DNA of 64,000 nucleotides from Acholeplasmatales bacterium (GTDB taxonomy: Bacteria; Bacillota_I; Bacilli_A; ML615J-28; CAG-313): NCBI GenBank assembly GCA_003539625.1, contig DPOU01000024.1, positions 37,865-101,864 on the forward strand, written 5' to 3'. This document shows positions 50,582-57,787 of the stretch, piece after piece. The notes under the pieces were generated by a model, which was not told where the DNA came from, did no database searches, and was given only the letters and a program-made list of their open reading frames with translations. The translations under genes and the position numbers were made by a program. The stretch's first letter is position 1. Each line of letters opens with the position of its first letter.

Positions 50582-50800
50582 ATGGAAAAAACATATCAAA
50601 TAGTATATTTTATTAGTTTTGTAATTTCTTTTGTTATGATATTTTATTTATTTACTAAATCAAATTTTGAGAAATGTTTCAAACAAGGAAAAGTTGAAGC
50701 AATTAAAGTTGCAACATTTGTTTTGACTTTCATTCTAGCAACCCTTGTTGCTTTAGGGATGAAAAACTTAATGGAATGCATTTATGAAATTATTCACTAA
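50582..50800 (+). CDS. Small two-TM membrane protein, DUF1146/YwzB-like
   Basis: 72 aa. NFEKCFKQGK between two TM helices resembles the YwzB family, which follows atpC in B. subtilis. Confidence 0.45.
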   Translation: MEKTYQIVYFISFVISFVMIFYLFTKSNFEKCFKQGKVEAIKVATFVLTFILATLVALGMKNLMECIYEIIH

Positions 50801-50853
50801 ATATTTTGTATAAAATACAAAAAACTGTATCATACTATACTTGAGGTGATACA

Positions 50854-51510
50854 GTGAAGAATTTGATTAAAAAAATTGGCCAAAACAAATTTCAATTTTT
50901 CTTCTTTGTGGGAATCGTCGCATTACTTGCAATTGCTCTAATCGTATCAACTGTTATGAGCAACAACGATAAAACGCCAGATCCTGATACTCCAAATGTT
51001 GTTAATCCTGAACCTAGTCAAGATGATCCAGCTGTAACAAAACCCGAAGAAGTTTTAAAATTACCATTCCAAGAAACTATGAGTTACAAAGTTGTAAGAA
51101 AATTCTATAGTAAAGATGCTAGTCGTGATGAACAAGTCCAAGCATTAATAAAATATGGAAACAGCTATCGTACAAGTAGTGGTACTGGATTCGCAGCAAA
51201 TGATGATAGTAATTTTGAAGTACTTAGTTCGTTGAGTGGAAAAGTTGCCGAAATCAAAGAAAGTCCTCTATATGGAAATTATGTTGTTCTTGAACATGAA
51301 AACAATATAAAGACATATTATTATGGATTAAGTGACGTAACAGTAACAGTTGGTGCAAACATTGCACAAGGTGATAAAATAGGTACAAGTGGTTTTATGA
51401 CAATTGACAAAGAAGCAGGTAATCATGTTTTTGTTGAAGTAAGTAAAGATGGTACAAGACTTAATATTGAAACTTTAATTGGCAAAAAAATATCAGAAAT
51501 TCAAAAATAA
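50854..51510 (+). CDS. spoIIQ: Stage II sporulation protein Q (degenerate LytM/M23 domain)
   Basis: N-terminal TM. VVRKFYSKDASRDEQVQALIKYGNSY...FEVLSSLSGKV...GNHVFVEVSKDG aligns with my recollection of B. subtilis SpoIIQ (VVKKFYETDAAKEEKEAALVTYNNTY...FDVSASLSGTV...GNHVHFEIRKDG), including Ser in place of the catalytic His. GTG start behind a TGAGGTGAT SD. Confidence 0.75.
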   Translation: MKNLIKKIGQNKFQFFFFVGIVALLAIALIVSTVMSNNDKTPDPDTPNVVNPEPSQDDPAVTKPEEVLKLPFQETMSYKVVRKFYSKDASRDEQVQALIKYGNSYRTSSGTGFAANDDSNFEVLSSLSGKVAEIKESPLYGNYVVLEHENNIKTYYYGLSDVTVTVGANIAQGDKIGTSGFMTIDKEAGNHVFVEVSKDGTRLNIETLIGKKISEIQK

Positions 51511-51526
51511 ATTAAAAGCCTAAATT

Positions 51527-52096
51527 TTAAGATTTAGGCTTTTTGTTTGTAGATATAGTTATAATATAAGGAGAAGTAGGACGATTATAATTTAAGTATT
51601 TAGATACTAAATATTTATTACTTGGTAACTCTTTTGCAAAACTATCAATTAAATCACTTTCTACTTTTCCTTCAGGATGGCCTGGATAAAGAACAATAAT
51701 AATTAATAAATTGGTATTTACTGCCATTATTGATAAGGCTTTTTTTACACTTGCAAGAGTAGATGATGCTTTAGTTGTCAAAGATTTATCATGGCCAGGA
51801 AGATAGCCACAATTGTAAATAATCAAATCAGCAATTTCACTAATAAATTCATGTGACATTTGTTTATATTCGACATTTAAATAATTATGACTTGTTAGTA
51901 ATTCTTTTGTTGTTGATATAGCCACGTCTTGAATATCATAACAAACAAGATGACCAGTATGATTTAAAGTTTCGGCCATGAACAAACTATCATTTCCCAT
52001 ACCACATGTAGCATCAACAAAAATCAAATCATTTCTGTTTAAACGCTTATAGTGTTCTGTTATTAAATAATGTGAAAATTCTACTATTTTAAACAT
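51527..52096 (-). CDS. Class I SAM-dependent methyltransferase, YtqB/MnmM-like
   Basis: FVDATCGMGNDSLFMAE SAM motif. ~190 aa. Overlaps and follows the ytqA-type radical SAM gene, as in the B. subtilis ytqA-ytqB pair. Confidence 0.72.
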   Translation of the reverse strand: MFKIVEFSHYLITEHYKRLNRNDLIFVDATCGMGNDSLFMAETLNHTGHLVCYDIQDVAISTTKELLTSHNYLNVEYKQMSHEFISEIADLIIYNCGYLPGHDKSLTTKASSTLASVKKALSIMAVNTNLLIIIVLYPGHPEGKVESDLIDSFAKELPSNKYLVSKYLNYNRPTSPYIITISTNKKPKS

Positions 52097-53031
52097 AAAT
52101 CACCTTGATAAATATTATTTTTTCGCATATATTTGTCTATTTCATTTAAAACGACAAATTTTTTTAATGTCCAAGTAGGTTCGATTAGTAAATCTTTTGG
52201 CGCATCGCCAGTTAATCTATGAATTACAATATTCTCATCTAAATAGCGAAGTTGATTTACAACGATATCAACATATTCATTAAGAGTCAAAATATGAAAA
52301 GGATTGTTTGCATACATTGTTGCAAGTGGTGTATCCTTCATAATATGTAACATGTGGATTTTAATTCCATCAATCTTTAAATTATTTAAATATTTTACAG
52401 TTTCAATCATTTGATCTTTTGTTTCATAGGGTAAACCATTAATAATATGAACAATAGTTGTAATATGGTATTTTTTTAATAATGATACAGCTTGTTCTAA
52501 TTTAATATTATCATAACCACGGTTAATTAGAATAGCAGTAGAATGGTGCATAGTTTGGAATCCTAGTTCTACCCAAACATCAATATTTTTCTTTAGACTT
52601 GCAAGATATTTAACAATTTCTTCATTTAGACAATCAGGTCTAGTTGCAATACTTAAAACTTTGATATTTTCGTTATATAAATAGTTTTCACTAACTAATT
52701 GCTCATAACGTTTCTTTAAATTTTCAAGAGTATCATAAGTATTAGTATTAGCTTGGAAGTATGCAATATAATAACCTTTATGCCATTTCAATTTCATTTT
52801 GGCAAGAACTTCATCAAATTGTTCTTTAATTGGTAGTGCTCTTTCTCCCGCAAAATCTCCGCTACCTTCTTTTGAACAAAATATACATCCCATAGTACTA
52901 AGAGTGCCATCTCTATTAGGACAAGAAAAATTACCATTTAGAGAAACTTTGAATACTTTTTCATGATAAAGATGTTTTAAATAATTATCTAAAGTAAGGT
53001 AATGTTTTTCATTAGTAAATAAATCGTTCAT
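52084..53031 (-). CDS. TIGR01212-family radical SAM protein (YtqA-like)
   Basis: CPNRDGTLSTMGCIFC cluster motif and the family-typical Y(I/F)AYFQANTNTY. Confidence 0.88.
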   Translation of the reverse strand: MNDLFTNEKHYLTLDNYLKHLYHEKVFKVSLNGNFSCPNRDGTLSTMGCIFCSKEGSGDFAGERALPIKEQFDEVLAKMKLKWHKGYYIAYFQANTNTYDTLENLKKRYEQLVSENYLYNENIKVLSIATRPDCLNEEIVKYLASLKKNIDVWVELGFQTMHHSTAILINRGYDNIKLEQAVSLLKKYHITTIVHIINGLPYETKDQMIETVKYLNNLKIDGIKIHMLHIMKDTPLATMYANNPFHILTLNEYVDIVVNQLRYLDENIVIHRLTGDAPKDLLIEPTWTLKKFVVLNEIDKYMRKNNIYQGDLCLK

Positions 53032-53169
53032 ATTATCACCATATTAATTTTACTATAAATAACGATTTTTGTCATATTCTTAACGTTTTCTTTTTGAAGT
53101 ATTTATATAAAACTATTCAAAAAAGAAGAAAAAATATCTAAAATATGTTAAAATAACAATGGTGATTAT

Positions 53170-54072
53170 ATGAATAAAAAATATCGTAATAATAAAAGTA
53201 TAAGTGTATTAATTATTGTATTAATATATCTAGTAGCATTTGTGGGAGCATTCTTTAGCTTTCAGTATATACCAATTGACAACCTAATATTAAAGTTTTT
53301 GGTAAGTGACTTAATTGCAACCTCAATTGTTTATTTATTTAGTTTAATCTTTAGAAATCCTTCAATTTATGATCCATATTGGAGTGTTGCGCCAATGGTC
53401 ATTGTCCCTTTTATACTATGGCACACAGGTAGTTATCAATTCTTCTCGATATTTGTTTTAGCGTTAGTAGAATTATGGGGATTGAGATTAACTATCAATT
53501 GGCTTATTTCTTTTAAAAACTTAAATTCAATTGATTGGCGTTATGTACAATTAAAAGAAAAGCATCCTAAATTATGGCCACTATTGAATATCCTTGGTAT
53601 TTGTTATTTACCTACTCTAGTAGTATTCTTAGGGCTTATGCCAATATTTGCTTATTTTAGTACATTTGCTACGGCAACCTCAATTAATATTTTAGGATTT
53701 ATCTTAAGTGCGGTAATCGGACTTGGAGGAGTTATTATTGAAGGTGTTGCAGACGGACAAATGCTTAAATTTAAAAAAGATCCAAACAACGTTGAAAAGA
53801 TTAATCAAACCGGGCTTTGGAAAAATAGTAGACATCCAAACTATTTTGGCGAAATAGCTTTTTGGATTAGTTTGTTCTTATTTAGTATGACTATTTCTAA
53901 TAGATGGGTACTATTATTCTGTCCATTAATTGTTTTCCTTTTATTTGCTTTTATTAGTATACCAATGATGGAAAAACGCCAATTAGCAAATAAAAAAGGT
54001 TATGATGAATACAAGAAAAAAACCAATCTCTTGTTGCCAATTTGGCCCCCACAAGAAAAAACAAATAAATAA
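53170..54072 (+). CDS. DUF1295 / steroid-5-alpha-reductase-like membrane protein
   Basis: GLWKNSRHPNYFGEIAFW signature, ~8 TM. Confidence 0.75.
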   Translation: MNKKYRNNKSISVLIIVLIYLVAFVGAFFSFQYIPIDNLILKFLVSDLIATSIVYLFSLIFRNPSIYDPYWSVAPMVIVPFILWHTGSYQFFSIFVLALVELWGLRLTINWLISFKNLNSIDWRYVQLKEKHPKLWPLLNILGICYLPTLVVFLGLMPIFAYFSTFATATSINILGFILSAVIGLGGVIIEGVADGQMLKFKKDPNNVEKINQTGLWKNSRHPNYFGEIAFWISLFLFSMTISNRWVLLFCPLIVFLLFAFISIPMMEKRQLANKKGYDEYKKKTNLLLPIWPPQEKTNK

Positions 54073-54111
54073 AAGGACTATGTGAAGGTAAAACTTCATA
54101 TAGTCCTTTTT
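54071..54111. terminator. Bidirectional terminator
   Basis: AAAAGGACTATGTGAAG ... CTTCATATAGTCCTTTT between convergent genes. Confidence 0.85.
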
Positions 54112-54113
54112 AG

Positions 54114-54716
54114 TTAATCATTATTATCCGATAATATCTTAATTTGAATGAGATTATTGGTAAGATTTATTAATAAACTAATAACTTGTTGAATTAAATT
54201 ATTAGGGATTTTTACGTCCATAGTAACATTATTAGTAAAACTTCTATTAATTATTTCATATTCTTTTAACCTATTTTCAATTATATCCAGATATGAATAA
54301 TCAAATGAAAGTTGAATAGTGGTAAATTCAACTATTGGAACAATAATGTTTTCTTTTAAAGCAAGGCTAGCACAAGAACTATAAGCTCTAACTAATCCAC
54401 CAGCACCAAGTTTGATACCACCAAAATATCTTGTAACTACACAAGCGAAGTTAGTTATATCGTTTTTTCTAAAAACTTCTAATACTGGTAAACCAGCAGT
54501 TCCACTTGGTTCTCCATCATCGCTGTAATGTCCTGCTTCCCCGGTCTTTCCGATTATATAAACCGTAATATTATGGGTAGCATCACTAAATTCTTTTTTT
54601 ATTTCTTCGAAAAAGGCTTTAGCTTCATTTACATTTTGAACGGGTTTTAAGGTTGTAATAAAAGTGCTTTTGTTTATTTCATAGGTAGTTCGTGTGTATT
54701 TTGCTATAGTATTCAT
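54114..54716 (-). CDS. yigZ: YigZ/IMPACT family protein (UPF0029)
   Basis: DATHNITVY...SDDGEPSGTAGLPVLEV...VTRYFGGIKLGAGGLVRAY. Confidence 0.9.
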   Translation of the reverse strand: MNTIAKYTRTTYEINKSTFITTLKPVQNVNEAKAFFEEIKKEFSDATHNITVYIIGKTGEAGHYSDDGEPSGTAGLPVLEVFRKNDITNFACVVTRYFGGIKLGAGGLVRAYSSCASLALKENIIVPIVEFTTIQLSFDYSYLDIIENRLKEYEIINRSFTNNVTMDVKIPNNLIQQVISLLINLTNNLIQIKILSDNND

Positions 54717-54777
54717 AAAATCACCTGAAAATATTATACCATATTTTTATAAAAAAGTATATTTATTAATATTTTTC

Positions 54778-54806
54778 TTGAAAAAAATATAATATAGTGA
54801 TATACT
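54778..54806 (+). promoter_or_regulatory. Sigma-A-type promoter of the GntR-ABC operon
   Basis: TTGAAA-N17-TATACT with a TGn extended -10. Confidence 0.6.
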
Positions 54807-54834
54807 TAATACAGATGATACAGTTAATACAGAT
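54807..54834 (+). promoter_or_regulatory. Candidate GntR/YtrA operator: TAATACAGAT direct repeat with an intervening GATACAGT
   Basis: TAATACAGAT at 54807-54816 and 54825-54834, with a third ATACAG core at 54818-54823. Lies between the -10 and the SD. Confidence 0.4.
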
Positions 54835-54845
54835 AGGAGGTTAAC

Positions 54846-55193
54846 ATGATTCTAAACAACAAAGACTCAATATACATGAATATCTATAACGAATTTAAAA
54901 AATACATTATTGCAAATGTATATAAATATGATGATAAATTACCATCTGTTAGAAGTATTGCTTTAGAGTATGGAATTAATCCCAATACCGTACAAAGAGC
55001 ATTTCAGCTTTTAGAAGATGAAGGTTACATTAAGACAATAAGTAAAAAAGGTGTTTATGTAAATTATCGAAATCAAGATGAAGTAGACAAACATTCTGAA
55101 ATTAAAAAAGAATTTGAACACTTAAAGAAAATAGGAATTTCTAAAGAAGAAGTTTATAAAATAATTGAGGAGGTATATAATGATAGAAATTAA
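54846..55193 (+). CDS. GntR family transcriptional regulator (short YtrA subfamily)
   Basis: LPSVRSIALEYGINPNTVQRAFQLLEDEGYI wHTH. 115 aa. Confidence 0.88.
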   Translation: MILNNKDSIYMNIYNEFKKYIIANVYKYDDKLPSVRSIALEYGINPNTVQRAFQLLEDEGYIKTISKKGVYVNYRNQDEVDKHSEIKKEFEHLKKIGISKEEVYKIIEEVYNDRN

Positions 55194-56085
55194 TGGGCTT
55201 ACAAAATCATTTGGTAATAAAATAGTACTCAATGATTTAAATTTAACTATTCCTAGCCATACTATTTTTGGACTTGTTGGAATAAATGGTGCAGGCAAAT
55301 CTACTTTATTGCGTATATTATCAAATGCATATGATAAAACATCAGGTGAAGTACTAATTGATGGTAAACCAGTTAGCGATGTTGAAAGTAAGAAAAACAT
55401 TTTCTTTCTTCCCGATGAACCATATAGTGCTCATAGTGAAACAGTAAGTAGTCTTTTGGACTTTTATAAAATAATGTATGACTTTGAAACGGAAACATTT
55501 ACTAAATATGTGAAACTGTTTAAACTAGATGAAGCAATAGGAACTAATTATTTAAATGCTAACATTTCAAAATTTTCAAAAGGAATGAAACGCCAATTAT
55601 TAATATGTATAGCTCTAGCTATTGCGCCAAAATATTTATTTTTAGATGAGGCGTTTGATGGCCTTGATCCTCTTGCAAGACTAACATTTAAAAAAATAAT
55701 ATTAGAACGAATGGAAGAAACTGAAATGACTGTCATCATATCAAGCCATAGTTTACGTGAATTAGAAGATTTATGTGATCTATATGGACTATTAGATGGT
55801 GGTGTAATTGATAATACTGGCGGAATTGAACAAAGTAAGGAGTCTTATCAAAAATATCAACTTGCTTTTGAAGATGAAAAATCTAAGGAATACTTTGAAA
55901 ATTTAAATATTGTTACATATAATCGTTTGGGACGTATTGTAAAAATAATTGTCAAGGGTGATCCTGAAGAAAATTACCAAAAAATTGTCGCATTAAAACC
56001 ACTCGTTTTAGATAAATTACCTATTGATTTTGAAGAATTATTCATAATTGAGGTGGAAAGTAAGGGGTATTTGAAGAATGAATAA
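55180..56085 (+). CDS. ABC transporter ATP-binding protein (YtrB-like)
   Basis: Walker A GINGAGKST, degenerate signature FSKGMKRQ, Walker B LFLDEAFDGLD. GAGGAGG SD before ATG 55180. Confidence 0.9.
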   Translation: MIEINGLTKSFGNKIVLNDLNLTIPSHTIFGLVGINGAGKSTLLRILSNAYDKTSGEVLIDGKPVSDVESKKNIFFLPDEPYSAHSETVSSLLDFYKIMYDFETETFTKYVKLFKLDEAIGTNYLNANISKFSKGMKRQLLICIALAIAPKYLFLDEAFDGLDPLARLTFKKIILERMEETEMTVIISSHSLRELEDLCDLYGLLDGGVIDNTGGIEQSKESYQKYQLAFEDEKSKEYFENLNIVTYNRLGRIVKIIVKGDPEENYQKIVALKPLVLDKLPIDFEELFIIEVESKGYLKNE

Positions 56086-57190
56086 ATCATTATCGTTTAA
56101 ATATTTTAAATATGAATATAGTAAAAATTTGAAAATGTTGTTATATATGGGAGTTGTAGGATTTGTTTGTTACATAATACCACTATTCTCAATGGAACCT
56201 AATATACATACTAAAACTACCAATGTAGGACTAATTATTACTCTTTTTGCGTTAGCATGCTATATTATACCTATTTTTATGAATGCGTATCGGTATAATA
56301 AAAAACTTGCCAATCGTAATTATTCATGTCCAATTAGTAGATTTGCTTTGTTTAATGTTAACTATCTTGTTGGTTTAATTAATATTATTACATTTTATAC
56401 CGTATTCTATTTTCTTGGAATGTTAATTGTAGCTATAAAGCTTCCTGCTTATGCTATTGTATATTATATACCGCTTTATTTTGTAATATTATTAATTGGT
56501 ATATGTGTATACACTTTAAATTATTTTATTGCAAGTAGGGCAAACACTGTTATTGATGCCGTTATCTTTATTATCATGTACACCTTTGTATTTTCCATGA
56601 TTGTGGGCGTTGTTCAAGATTTATTTCCTGCAAGTTATAAAGTAAATGAAAAGTTTATTACTTTTTCTGAATTTGCACAATGGGGGAATGCATATAATAA
56701 ATGTATAGCAACAAATAAGTCACTGATGATAGTTGATGATAGCCCTGTTTTTATATGGTCGGAACCAGTAATCACGGTAACTGATTGTATTGTAACATTT
56801 GTAGTTTTACCAATTGTTGCTATTACAAGTTATGTATTGTTAATGATTATGGCTAAAAAGGAAAGTGCTGAAAATGCTTCAGAAATATCTAATAGTTATT
56901 TTGGTTACCGAGTATTAAATCCTGTTTATATGACATGTGCGATAGCATTATGCATATATACATATTCTTTTAATGAGAATATTCTTACATTGCTAATATT
57001 AATTGGTATATTTACAGTTCTTTATTTAGCACTTAATTTCATATATTATCGTAAATTTAAATTACCGATGAAAGAATGGATAATTTATGGTGCTACAATA
57101 GTGGTAGGGGTAATATTAGCATTAATAATGGTGAATAATAAAAGTGAAGGAACTGTATACGTGTTACAGCTTCTGAGACACTTGAGATAG
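56078..57190 (+). CDS. Polytopic membrane protein, probable permease partner of the YtrB-like ATPase
   Basis: 370 aa, ~8-10 TM. Overlaps the ATPase gene by 8 nt. Confidence 0.6.
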   Translation: MNKSLSFKYFKYEYSKNLKMLLYMGVVGFVCYIIPLFSMEPNIHTKTTNVGLIITLFALACYIIPIFMNAYRYNKKLANRNYSCPISRFALFNVNYLVGLINIITFYTVFYFLGMLIVAIKLPAYAIVYYIPLYFVILLIGICVYTLNYFIASRANTVIDAVIFIIMYTFVFSMIVGVVQDLFPASYKVNEKFITFSEFAQWGNAYNKCIATNKSLMIVDDSPVFIWSEPVITVTDCIVTFVVLPIVAITSYVLLMIMAKKESAENASEISNSYFGYRVLNPVYMTCAIALCIYTYSFNENILTLLILIGIFTVLYLALNFIYYRKFKLPMKEWIIYGATIVVGVILALIMVNNKSEGTVYVLQLLRHLR

Positions 57191-57232
57191 TTACAAATAT
57201 AATTTTACAACTTTTAGGATTGAGGTAGACAA

Positions 57233-57703
57233 ATGGAAAATACTGTTGAAAAAACATTAGTTGAACTATTGTTAAAAAATAATATGACTATTAGCTTTGC
57301 GGAATCATGCACTGGTGGAATGTTAGCTTCAACATTAATTAATGTAAGTGGTTCATCTAATGTTATCAATGAAAGTTATGTAACGTATTCGGAAGAAGCA
57401 AAAATGAGAATACTTGGAGTAAGTAAAGAAACATTAAATAAATACACCGTTTATTCAAGTGAAGTTGCTGAAGAAATGGCAGAGGGTTTAAAAAAAGTAA
57501 CACATGCTAATGTTTGTGCATCAGTAACGGGTAAAGCAGAAGATGAATCGGGTATTTGCAAATGTGATTATTGTATTATCGTAAATGATTCAAAAGTACT
57601 TGAAAATGTTAGTTTTCAAGGTAGTAGAAATCAAGTTAGAACAATGCAAACTAAGCATATAATGAACCGAATAATCGAAATATTAAGGGGTTATTTTGGT
57701 TGA
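57233..57703 (+). CDS. CinA C-terminal-domain protein (nicotinamide-nucleotide amidohydrolase PncC-like)
   Basis: ISFAESCTGGMLAS signature. 156 aa. Confidence 0.88.
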   Translation: MENTVEKTLVELLLKNNMTISFAESCTGGMLASTLINVSGSSNVINESYVTYSEEAKMRILGVSKETLNKYTVYSSEVAEEMAEGLKKVTHANVCASVTGKAEDESGICKCDYCIIVNDSKVLENVSFQGSRNQVRTMQTKHIMNRIIEILRGYFG

Positions 57704-57728
57704 TATAATCCGCATTTTATGGTATAAT
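57700..57728 (+). promoter_or_regulatory. Sigma-A-type promoter of tex, nested in the preceding terminator
   Basis: TTGATA-N17-TATAAT with a TGn extended -10. The -10 lies in the hairpin loop. Confidence 0.5.
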
Positions 57729-57747
57729 ACTATAGAATGCGGATTTT
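57707..57747 (+). terminator. Rho-independent terminator after the cinA-like gene
   Basis: AATCCGCATT ... AATGCGGATT followed by TTTT. Confidence 0.75.
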
Positions 57748-57787
57748 AAATATAGCAAACTAATTCGCAAGTGTTGGAGGTTTTTTT

